From the IMG/VR virus record IMGVR_UViG_3300010376_000032, positions 13,173 through 77,172 of that record: a DNA stretch of 64,000 nt; one strand, 5' to 3'. The position numbers and the translations under genes were made by a program. The stretch comes from a virus (taxonomy: Duplodnaviria; Caudoviricetes). Of the stretch, positions 21,041 through 29,365 are shown piece after piece. Positions within the stretch are counted from its first letter, which is position 1; every line of letters starts with the position of its first letter. The notes under the pieces were generated by a model that worked only from the letters and a program-made list of their open reading frames with translations, was not told the DNA's origin and made no database searches.

Positions 21041-21243
21041 TACTCATCGCCTGCCCGATGAGTGGGCTGGCCCCGGTAGACCTGCTCGACCATGCCGCCC
21101 AGGGCACTTGGCCCCGCGGCGCGACCGTACATACGCTTGGGGTCCGAGGACATGGGATTGGCATGTGGATCACGCCGGTCGTTCCACAGCGTGTCGATGT
21201 CCATGTACTCGACGGGGACGCCTTTGACCTTGGGCTGGTCCAT
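21040..21243 (-). CDS. Small hypothetical protein
   Basis: TAATG-coupled, 67 aa. Confidence 0.5.
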   Translation of the reverse strand: MDQPKVKGVPVEYMDIDTLWNDRRDPHANPMSSDPKRMYGRAAGPSALGGMVEQVYRGQPTHRAGDE

Positions 21244-22787
21244 CAGAACAACCGTCCTTGCATCTGTCCGAACTGCACTGGGTGCTTAATGGGGGGGTGC
21301 GCCTGCTCCTCGCTGGGGAAGTTCGCGGCCAGCTTGGTCTTCCCGGCAGCCATGGCACTCTCGTGGCGGCGGATGGTTTCCTCACCCCACTGGGTGGCCT
21401 GGGCCTGCTCGACGTGGGTCAGCCCACGCTTTTTCATGGCCTGGCGGGCGGCGTAGTCGGCCAGGGCGTGGAAGCTGGCCCGAGGCACATTGGACTGCCG
21501 GGAGGCGTACTCGATCACATGCTCGCGCCCTGACTTCTGGCGCATGGGCTTGCCGCTCTTCAAGAGCCTGGGGTTGCCCTGCTCGTCAGTCAAGATGGGC
21601 TTCTCGGTACCGAGGTGAGGGAGCATGCCGCCACCACCGGAGTGGATGTCAGAGGTGAAGAACTGGGGCGTGCCACCCAGCCAGGCGTTGTGGTAGGCGC
21701 CGGTCTTGGGACCAAACCCGCCTTTGCCTGAAGTGCCAGCGTCAGTCTCCGCAATGGACTTTCCCTCGTGGATGACCTGGTGGGCGCGCTCCAGGGCCTT
21801 GGCTGTGTTGGCCGGATACCCACTGCGAGCGTGGCCGGTCAGAGGATGCTCAGGATCGTCCTTGCTCCACTCGTCAGGGTTCCTGCCGGAGGCGATGTGG
21901 CGGATGATGTGATCGGCAAGCTCCGCGTTGGGATAGCTCACTTTGCCGGTCTTCTTCGACTCGTACTTGAACTTCATGTTGGGCGAGGTGTCAGCGTTGA
22001 CCGCGGCCACCAGGCCCAGCGACGTGCCGTGCTGCTTGGCCGACTGCTGCAACCGCTGCGCCGCCTCACCGTGGGTGTAGAAGGTCTGGGCGTAGGGATC
22101 CTCAGCCCCGTGGGTACGCGCCCGTAAATAACCCTGATCTAACTGAGCGCCGAATGATTTTTCCATCTCCTTCGGACCCACCCCGCCCAGTCGCTTGACC
22201 TCCTCCAGCGTCCTCTTCTGTTCCTCTGGGGTGTGCTCCTCCCAGCGCTTGGGTACCGGCCGCGCCTGAGGATCCTCCATACCGGGAAGCTGGGGCTGAT
22301 CCATGGTGGATCGGCCTGCGCGATGATGTTCTCCGAACCCGTAGTGTTCGTACGCCTGGGCGTGTGTGAGCTTCAGTCGCTTCTGCTCCTGGAGGCCAAG
22401 CTCTGGACGCTCCCGCGCCAGCTTGTTGTGCTGCTCCGTGGCGTAGTCCACCACGTCCTTCATGCGCTCCTGACCTGCCTTGCTGCGCTCCCAGTTCTTC
22501 CGCTTCTTCACCGACGCCGCCGTCTCGGCCACGTCTGCCTTCTGCTGGGCAGCCTGCTTGGCCTCACGTTCTTGAGCAGCGGCGTGGGCCTTGGTGCCAG
22601 GCCGGGGAGCCTTGGATCTCTGGGCGCCGGTCTGTGACGGCTTGACGGGAGCGGGCTGGTTGGGGGGCGCGCTCTCTGTCGGCACCACAGAGAACTGCCG
22701 TCCCGCGCTGCGACGACGCCTTACTGTCTCTGGCGGTGCCGCCCCCGCATCCCACTCCTCGCTCATCGGGACCGCGGCCATCGTCAA
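21243..22787 (-). CDS. Hypothetical protein with possible glycosylase-like helical C-terminal domain
   Basis: VAAVNADTSPN...GPKTGAY...FTSDIH pattern; disordered N-terminal half. Confidence 0.45.
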   Translation of the reverse strand: MTMAAVPMSEEWDAGAAPPETVRRRRSAGRQFSVVPTESAPPNQPAPVKPSQTGAQRSKAPRPGTKAHAAAQEREAKQAAQQKADVAETAASVKKRKNWERSKAGQERMKDVVDYATEQHNKLARERPELGLQEQKRLKLTHAQAYEHYGFGEHHRAGRSTMDQPQLPGMEDPQARPVPKRWEEHTPEEQKRTLEEVKRLGGVGPKEMEKSFGAQLDQGYLRARTHGAEDPYAQTFYTHGEAAQRLQQSAKQHGTSLGLVAAVNADTSPNMKFKYESKKTGKVSYPNAELADHIIRHIASGRNPDEWSKDDPEHPLTGHARSGYPANTAKALERAHQVIHEGKSIAETDAGTSGKGGFGPKTGAYHNAWLGGTPQFFTSDIHSGGGGMLPHLGTEKPILTDEQGNPRLLKSGKPMRQKSGREHVIEYASRQSNVPRASFHALADYAARQAMKKRGLTHVEQAQATQWGEETIRRHESAMAAGKTKLAANFPSEEQAHPPIKHPVQFGQMQGRLF

Positions 22788-23188
22788 TCAGTGACGACTT
22801 CGGGTGCCCTCCGCTTCTGGATGGCTCCGTTGCGGAACACTTCCTCATACCGGACCTCTGCTTGGTCCGTAAATGAGCCGTGGGCGAACTCGCCCAGCAT
22901 GGTGGGAGCGTCGATCCAGGCCGCAGAGCCGACGTGGGCGCGCTCAGCCATCGTCTCCTCAGGCATCTTGAACTGGGTGTTGGGATCGACATGGTTGATC
23001 CGACCCGGGGCCGACACCATAAATTCCGTCATACCCCGCTGAAAATCGGTCGGAATATCTGTGTCGGTGCTTAACCCTTCCTCAAAACGCAGTGGACCGC
23101 GACCGCCAGGGGCGTTCGGTCCCATGGTGCGGTCGTAGCTGTACTGGCCCCTCTCGGGGAACTGTGGATCAGGGCTAATAGACATGGG
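22784..23188 (-). CDS. Conserved virion-associated protein
   Basis: MSISPDPQFPE...GPLRFEEGLSTDTDIP...AHVGSAAWIDAP; GGGAGG RBS. Confidence 0.6.
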   Translation of the reverse strand, partial: PMSISPDPQFPERGQYSYDRTMGPNAPGGRGPLRFEEGLSTDTDIPTDFQRGMTEFMVSAPGRINHVDPNTQFKMPEETMAERAHVGSAAWIDAPTMLGEFAHGSFTDQAEVRYEEVFRNGAIQKRRAPEVVTD

Positions 23189-23274
23189 CATTCCTCCCAA
23201 TGACGGGTTGTATTGAAGGCTAGTGACGGCCCGATGACGCACCGCGACCACCCAGTACCCCATACCGTCGAGAC

Positions 23275-24024
23275 ATGGCGAAACAGCTTCGTCTGGCCCT
23301 GGGACGGCTGTCGGCTCGTCAGTTCGCCCCGGTGGGGTCAGCGGCGGTACACGCCCGTGCGTTGACCAAGAAGGTCACCGGCAACAGGTACCAGGCGCCA
23401 TCGGCCCAGCTACAGGTGGACCCCATGGTGGGCCACCACCTCATGTCGGAGTACCGGTCACGTCAAAACGAGCCGCCCAGCGACCGGCTGCAGCGCAGCT
23501 ACGCCGCCATGCGGGACGACGTGAACGCCCAGTACGAGCACATGACCAGGCCCCGGGAAGAGGGTGGCATGGGTATCCACCACGAGGTGACCGCCGAGGA
23601 TCCCTACGCCACACCAGGGCAGATGGCCCATGATGTACGGAAGAACAGGACTATAAAAACCCTGTCAACTGAAACCACGGGCGGGCATTCATTTTTTACC
23701 AATGAGGAGAACGACCGGTTCCGAGCCGTTCATGATGTGTTCGGTCACGCCGCTGTGGGCCGGGGCTTCTCTCGTCATGGCGAGGAAGCGGCCTGGCGCA
23801 GCCACGTCCAGATGTTCTCTCCCGAAGCCCGGGAGGCCATGACCTCAGAGACTCGGGGTCAGAACAGCTACCTCAACTACCACCCGGGCGGGGCGAACTT
23901 CCCCGAGCAGGGCATGGTGGGCATGTCCAAGCTGGCCCAGTCACCTGAGGCCGGGGCCATCCTGCGCCGAGCCACGCCAAAGACGGCACGGCCCCAGGGC
24001 GAACAGCTACGGTTGCCACTGTGA
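23275..24024 (+). CDS. Zincin-like domain protein (HDxxGH...GEE)
   Basis: FRAVHDVFGH...GFSRHGEEAAWRSH...ETRGQNS; opposite strand to its module. Confidence 0.55.
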   Translation: MAKQLRLALGRLSARQFAPVGSAAVHARALTKKVTGNRYQAPSAQLQVDPMVGHHLMSEYRSRQNEPPSDRLQRSYAAMRDDVNAQYEHMTRPREEGGMGIHHEVTAEDPYATPGQMAHDVRKNRTIKTLSTETTGGHSFFTNEENDRFRAVHDVFGHAAVGRGFSRHGEEAAWRSHVQMFSPEAREAMTSETRGQNSYLNYHPGGANFPEQGMVGMSKLAQSPEAGAILRRATPKTARPQGEQLRLPL

Positions 24025-24227
24025 GCGCGTCGGACGACTGGGCGCACAACACCTCGATGCAGCGAGCGACTGGGAGTGACGTGGCCTTACCGATCACTCC
24101 CGCCACCGCCCAGATGGGTACACAGTCCGCCCTGTCCCAACTGCAGTCCCAGGCTGAGCCAGCGCTCGCCCAGGGTGCCTCTACGCTGAACGATGTTGCG
24201 GCTGGCGTCTTGGGCGCGCTGACCTAG
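24021..24227 (+). CDS. Small hypothetical protein
   Basis: GTGA-coupled to the upstream gene. Confidence 0.4.
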   Translation: MSASDDWAHNTSMQRATGSDVALPITPATAQMGTQSALSQLQSQAEPALAQGASTLNDVAAGVLGALT

Positions 24228-25824
24228 CTCGCCTCGCCCCCGCCGCCCATGGCGTCGTCTGGATCTCCACCTGGGGCACCATCAGCACCTGGCTCATGAC
24301 GGTGGCGCAGGCCAGGGAGTCGACGTAGTCGTCATGGGCACCGGCCTCGTTCGGAGCTTCTACGAGGAGATGCGCTCCCTTGTAGGTCTTCTCCACGTCG
24401 ATCATCTGCTGGCGGAAGCGCCGCCACACCCGGGTCTTCTTGGCCCTGGGGTGGGCGGGCCAGGACAGTAGGCCCCGTTGGAGTAGCTGCTGGAGGTGCT
24501 TCCACCGGGCCGACTGATCCGCGATCTGTGACGACAGCGGTTCGACCTGGATCTTGGGCAGGAGCCGCTTGAGCCGGTCCGCGGCTACGTCCCCGATGCC
24601 CTGGGCGTCCACGCCCATGGCTACCACTGAATAGTTAGAAACAAAGTCCACGATGCGGAAGAATTGCTCCTCCCAGTTTTCACCATGCATCTCCAACCAG
24701 TTGAGAATCCGGTGATCGTAGAGGCCAAGTTCGTCTGGCCGATCAAAATCTACCCAGCAAATGGTGACGACGGTGGAGTCCATTTTTCTGGCGAAGTCCA
24801 CGCCCGCCACCAGTGGAGAGCGCCAATACGCAGGGACGATAGGCATGGTGGGGTCGCCAAGCTCGTCAAACCTCGACTCAATTATCAGTTGCCCACGTTC
24901 CAATAACCATTCCAGCCGATAGTTGAGCCGGAACTCGTCGCTGTCCTCCCCAATACGCTGGGCCTCGCCCCGAATGTAGGCGGCGTAGTTGCGATTAAAC
25001 TTGGCGCAGTAATGCCAGTCGAATCGGAAGTGATTTTTCTTACCGCCCCGACGCAGTTCCATGCGCCGGTTGTGCTGGATGGTCTTGTAGAAGACGCCCT
25101 TGACGATGTCCGGTGTGCCAGTCATGACCATGGTGGCGAGATAGAACGCACCCATGGGGGAGATGCTCTTGTCCAGCACGTACTGGTCCACCGACTGGCT
25201 CTCGTCCACGAAGATGACGTGGTAGCTCTTGGACTCGATCTTGGCCCGGGGGTTGGCCGTCTGCATGGCGCAGAAGCTCTGGCACTTCTTGAGCTTTACC
25301 TTCCGCGAACCTGGGCGCACCTGGTCATCGATCTCAGGGTCGGCCAGCATCTCGTCGGCCCGCTCCGAGGTCAACCGGTCTACTACCCGCCCAAACAACG
25401 TCTCGACCTGCTGCTCGACCGGGGCGAAGCAGCCGATCATGACCCCCTTGGCGAACTTTTGGAGTGGCTCAAACTCGGGGAAGATCTCAGCCAGGCGAGG
25501 TAAGAGAATCATAAGACTGGCCGCAACATTCGCAACGACTTCGGTCTTGCCGCTCTGACGAGACAATTCGCCCGTAATGGTCGCGCCGTCGCCGGAGATC
25601 ACCGACTCGATGATGCGGCGCCCGATGGCCTCCTGGTAGGGGAACATCTCCACGCCAGAGAACATGACGGTGAAGGCCCACACCTTGTCCACCAACCTGT
25701 GGACAAAGTCCTGATCGGCAGGGTTGAGCGGCTCCGGCGCGTAGCGGGCCAGGTCATCAGATAGACCTTCCTCGTCTAATTCCTCCTGTACCTCGTCCAG
25801 GCCGGGATCCTCGACGTATGTCAC
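24181..25824 (-). CDS. terL: Terminase large subunit
   Basis: Walker A SRQSGKT, Walker B VIFVDESQ, MTGTP, nuclease GVDFA and HDDYVDS. Confidence 0.9.
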   Translation of the reverse strand: MTYVEDPGLDEVQEELDEEGLSDDLARYAPEPLNPADQDFVHRLVDKVWAFTVMFSGVEMFPYQEAIGRRIIESVISGDGATITGELSRQSGKTEVVANVAASLMILLPRLAEIFPEFEPLQKFAKGVMIGCFAPVEQQVETLFGRVVDRLTSERADEMLADPEIDDQVRPGSRKVKLKKCQSFCAMQTANPRAKIESKSYHVIFVDESQSVDQYVLDKSISPMGAFYLATMVMTGTPDIVKGVFYKTIQHNRRMELRRGGKKNHFRFDWHYCAKFNRNYAAYIRGEAQRIGEDSDEFRLNYRLEWLLERGQLIIESRFDELGDPTMPIVPAYWRSPLVAGVDFARKMDSTVVTICWVDFDRPDELGLYDHRILNWLEMHGENWEEQFFRIVDFVSNYSVVAMGVDAQGIGDVAADRLKRLLPKIQVEPLSSQIADQSARWKHLQQLLQRGLLSWPAHPRAKKTRVWRRFRQQMIDVEKTYKGAHLLVEAPNEAGAHDDYVDSLACATVMSQVLMVPQVEIQTTPWAAGARRARSARPRRQPQHRSA

Positions 25825-26034
25825 CCACCAACCGTAGGTGCGGGCCGCTCAGCCGCCTTGACCACCCAGAAGTCCTTGCCAACGTAGCACCGTGTTGATA
25901 GTTTCTGAAAAATACGGCCCGAGTTCACCCACGAGCGAAGAGCCCTTTTTCGAAGAAGAAATCCGACGTGACAACATGCGATGTGACCAGCGGATTTTCG
26001 CCGAGCCAGAACGAGGGGCAGGGAGAGGTGACAG

Positions 26035-26727
26035 ATGAGCCGACTCGCTGCCTACGCAGGCGGAACCGTGGTCAGTGCTGTCGCCCACGTTCTCGACCTG
26101 ATGGAAGATTCCATCAGCCTGAACCCGAGCGTCCTACTGCTGCTGGGAATGGTTGGTTTCGTCACCACTTCGTGCTTGATGACCCCGGGCGGGCATCATC
26201 CGGCACCCCTCGTCACCACGGCTGAGTTGCTGGCCCTCAAGGCCCGCCACGCGGAGCGCTTGGCTTCGTTCATCGACAAGGTTGCACACCCGCCTGGCAT
26301 AGCGTGGCGGGTACGAGCGCTCTCCCGGCTCATCGACACCTACGTGGCGGGCCAAGCTGTCTACGGCGAGCAGGTGGATACCTTCATGACCGACATGATC
26401 GACGCCGGAGTCTGGTGGATCGAGAACAACGGCCAGGATCCCCACGCCACTGAGCGCCAGGAAGACCTGGTTCTGATGGCGCGATGGCGTGACAGCCTGC
26501 CTGACTCTCCAGACGGAAACTGCCCGACGCCCTCGCTGGGCGCCCGCATCCGCATGGCCCGAGAGGCTCAAGGGTGGACCCAGCAGCAGTTGGGGGATCG
26601 AATCGGCAGGAACATCATGACCGTCAACCGGTTGGAGAACGACCAGAGCCGGGAGCCGTCTGTGGAAACCCGGCGCCGACTGGCCAAGGTGCTGGGGGGC
26701 AAGCCTGCCGATTACACCCGGGATTAA
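26035..26727 (+). CDS. XRE-family HTH domain protein
   Basis: C-terminal LGARIRMAREAQGWTQQQLGDRIG...VNRLEN; start uncertain. Confidence 0.75.
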   Translation: MSRLAAYAGGTVVSAVAHVLDLMEDSISLNPSVLLLLGMVGFVTTSCLMTPGGHHPAPLVTTAELLALKARHAERLASFIDKVAHPPGIAWRVRALSRLIDTYVAGQAVYGEQVDTFMTDMIDAGVWWIENNGQDPHATERQEDLVLMARWRDSLPDSPDGNCPTPSLGARIRMAREAQGWTQQQLGDRIGRNIMTVNRLENDQSREPSVETRRRLAKVLGGKPADYTRD

Positions 26728-26766
26728 TCGCTCGTGTACGGCCCTATTCGGCCACAGTCGGTGAAG

Positions 26767-26783
26767 TAGACGAGTCACGTATA
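26767..26783. promoter_or_regulatory. Palindromic site TAGACG-N5-CGTATA
   Basis: TAGACGAGTCACGTATA, variant of a recurrent 17-mer. Confidence 0.55.
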
Positions 26784-26841
26784 TAGCCCCATGGGGGGTA
26801 CATCGATCCGCAGCATTCAGTGCATTGCCCCTGGTCAGCGG

Positions 26842-26858
26842 TAGACGTTCTACGTCTA
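26842..26858. promoter_or_regulatory. Palindromic site TAGACGT-N3-ACGTCTA
   Basis: Perfect 7-bp arms; upstream of the putative promoter. Confidence 0.7.
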
Positions 26859-26891
26859 GTGGGGGAATATCCAACACCCCGGCATTGGCTC

Positions 26892-26920
26892 TTGACAGGC
26901 GCCCCAAACGGGGGCACAGT
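26892..26920 (+). promoter_or_regulatory. Putative sigma70-type promoter for the replication operon
   Basis: TTGACA, 17 bp, CACAGT. Confidence 0.45.
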
Positions 26921-27010
26921 CGCGAGTTACCGCCACCCCTGCGGGGGGGACGGCTGGACGAAGCGGAACCTGCCTTCACAACCAGGGCAGGCCAGGGGAA
27001 GGATCGCGGG

Positions 27011-27829
27011 ATGGGAGACGGTGGGCTACCACCTTGCTCTGACCTGGGTCAGAGCACGGAACACACCCTGTTGGAGTGGCTGGGGCGCAAGGCGAACCGC
27101 CGGGGGATAGTGGCGATGGAGTACGACCGGCTGGAGGATCGGATCTACCGGGAGGTAGGGATCCGGCATCCCCGCGAAGTGCTGGGGTACCTCATCCCGT
27201 ACTACATCGAGAAGGCATACGAGGGCGAACCGATCCGGTTTCGGATCCTGGTCAAGTGTGGTTGCCAAAACTTTTCCCGAGAGGATTGTTCCGCCCCACC
27301 CGCCGCAGGCGGGCGAGGGACTAGTCTAGCGGCCAAGCCGCTGGGTACTAGGCCCGAGCCGAGCGGAGCTTCGGAGGCTGAAAGCCGGAGAGGCGAAGCG
27401 AGTCAGGCGAATAAAACGATAACCTCGTTCTTCACTACGCCGCCCAGCCGGAAAAAATGGCCACCGGACGTGGAGTTGGCCAGAGACTATTTTCCTCAGC
27501 TACTGCTCCAGCACGGACATACCAGGTTCACCTCCTGGACGAACGTGCCAGCCTTTTCCAGGAACCTGCGCCAGTGGCATGACCGGGACGGCATCGATTA
27601 TCCGATGATCCGGTTGATGATGGAGGAGTTCGCCCATCACCCCGAGTGGTGTCGTCGGTCGAAGAACATGCCTTGGAAGGTCTTCCTGGCTCGCCGCACA
27701 CAGTTGACCGAGATACTGCTGGTCCAGCAGCGGAAGGATCCGGCCAACCGCCGGTTCAGCAACGGTGACAGCGGTGAGGGCAGCTACTGGAATCGCCGTC
27801 CCACCTCCGTCGCATCATTGGCGCTATGA
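27011..27829 (+). CDS. Putative replication initiator/organizer
   Basis: Position upstream of a DnaC-like ATPase; helical C-terminus; start uncertain (27011 or 27116). Confidence 0.4.
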   Translation: MGDGGLPPCSDLGQSTEHTLLEWLGRKANRRGIVAMEYDRLEDRIYREVGIRHPREVLGYLIPYYIEKAYEGEPIRFRILVKCGCQNFSREDCSAPPAAGGRGTSLAAKPLGTRPEPSGASEAESRRGEASQANKTITSFFTTPPSRKKWPPDVELARDYFPQLLLQHGHTRFTSWTNVPAFSRNLRQWHDRDGIDYPMIRLMMEEFAHHPEWCRRSKNMPWKVFLARRTQLTEILLVQQRKDPANRRFSNGDSGEGSYWNRRPTSVASLAL

Positions 27830-28341
27830 CTGCCGTCCGTATCCCATTGTGGTACCGGGGCCGCGCCACCCCCGACTTCCTGGACTCGGGCCGGTGCGCC
27901 TGCATCGGCAAGCGAGATCTGTACTTCGATGAGTCGATCGAGGCCCTGGCTGCCTGCCAGGCCATCTGCGTCACCTGCCCGGTGTTCCAAGCCTGCACCC
28001 GCTGGACCATGCAGCAGCACCGCCTGGGCAAGCTGGAGTTCGGCATCTTCGCCGGACTGACCCCGCACGTCCGAGACAAGATCGTGGAGGGCAAGGAGCC
28101 GTACTACGACTGGCGGCGCGAGTGGAACCGACGCAACTACGTCCCCCGCATCGCCGCCGATGTGTCGCGGCGGGCCTACAAGGCGGGCCGGGGCAAGCGC
28201 ATGCAGGCTAAGGCCGAGATGCCGCTCTGCCCGTTCTGTGGCGTTCGGAATCGGGTGTGCCGCTACGGGCGCGACCGGGACCGCCAGCGCTACCGCTGCT
28301 ACACCTGTCGGCTCTCCTTCCTGGGAGAGGAGATGCTGTGA
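27826..28341 (+). CDS. whiB: WhiB-family regulator with C-terminal zinc ribbon
   Basis: C...CxxCPVxxxC and GIFAGLT; extra CPFC...YRCYTC. Confidence 0.75.
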   Translation: MTAVRIPLWYRGRATPDFLDSGRCACIGKRDLYFDESIEALAACQAICVTCPVFQACTRWTMQQHRLGKLEFGIFAGLTPHVRDKIVEGKEPYYDWRREWNRRNYVPRIAADVSRRAYKAGRGKRMQAKAEMPLCPFCGVRNRVCRYGRDRDRQRYRCYTCRLSFLGEEML

Positions 28342-28937
28342 AGCAGGTCTTTCCGTTCTACCGCGACAAGGGCCTCTACGACTTCCAGACCCTGGACAAT
28401 CCCACCCTGGAGATCGCCGTCCGCAGGGTGGAAACCTACATCGATGACCTCAAAGCCATGAAGGATCGAGGCACCGGCCTCACCTTCGTGGGCCAGAACG
28501 GGGTAGGCAAGACGCACCTGGCCTGCAACGTGATGGCGGCGGCGGCAGAGGCCGGGTTCAAGATCGAGTGCATCGAACTCGCCACCTGGATCGATCTGTG
28601 GCAGGAGATGTTCCGCATCAGCGACGAGGAGCGGATCGAGTACCTCAACGACCAGCTTCGCTACATCAAGCGGGTGCAATTCCTGTTGCTGGATGACCTG
28701 GGCCGCGAGCATGAGTCGGCGTCGGGCTGGTCGAACGAGCGTGTCTTCGACCTGCTCCGCTACCGGCACAACCGCAACCTGCCGACACTTATCACCACTA
28801 ACATCCCCGTCGACAATCCCGACGCCGAGACGGACTTGAACCGGCGCTACACCGAGGGCCTCTCCAGTTTCCTGCAGGAGGCCAGCATCATCGTGGTGAT
28901 GGCGGGTGAGGATTACCGGTGGATAAAGGGCAGCTAG
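28338..28937 (+). CDS. dnaC: DnaC/IstB-like helicase-loader ATPase
   Basis: GQNGVGKT, LLLDDLGRE, RHNRNLPTLITTN; GTG start at overlap. Confidence 0.85.
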   Translation: MKQVFPFYRDKGLYDFQTLDNPTLEIAVRRVETYIDDLKAMKDRGTGLTFVGQNGVGKTHLACNVMAAAAEAGFKIECIELATWIDLWQEMFRISDEERIEYLNDQLRYIKRVQFLLLDDLGREHESASGWSNERVFDLLRYRHNRNLPTLITTNIPVDNPDAETDLNRRYTEGLSSFLQEASIIVVMAGEDYRWIKGS

Positions 28938-29365
28938 GCATCGGCGTGGAGCGCCGCATGATCTTCATCTGGGAGGGGGCGGTCGCCACGCTGCCGGACT
29001 ACGTCGGCGTGGCCAAACTGGAGCGGGTCCGGCTGGCCATGCGCCGCTACGACGCCGCCGTCCAACTGTGGGTGATCAACGAGCACGCCATCAAGTGGAT
29101 GTGGACCATGATGGTGCGCTCCAGCTTCCGGATTGACATCTGCGTCACTACACGCTCGCCAAAGTTCGCGCAGGCAGTGGCGCAGAGGTGCGAGCGCCGG
29201 AACTGGCCGGTGCGCTACGTGTTCGCGGCGTCAGCACCTGAACTGGGACGGCAACTACCCACGATGCCCGACGTGGAGCGGGTGGTGTACGGCCTGGAGG
29301 AGCAGCGCTGGTCCTATGGGCCACGGGGGTTGTTGCTCTCGCGTGACTCAGGACAAATCGTCTGA
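28919..29365 (+). CDS. Hypothetical protein
   Basis: 148 aa between dnaC and dnaB. Confidence 0.55.
   Translation: MDKGQLGIGVERRMIFIWEGAVATLPDYVGVAKLERVRLAMRRYDAAVQLWVINEHAIKWMWTMMVRSSFRIDICVTTRSPKFAQAVAQRCERRNWPVRYVFAASAPELGRQLPTMPDVERVVYGLEEQRWSYGPRGLLLSRDSGQIV

Noticed and set aside
25849-26088. Other GG-ending ORFs (this one ends GGQGG; the GNAT at 62525 ends PVGG) as members of the GG system
   Set aside because: This ORF is doubtful, and Gly-Gly ends are expected occasionally in GC-rich genomes.
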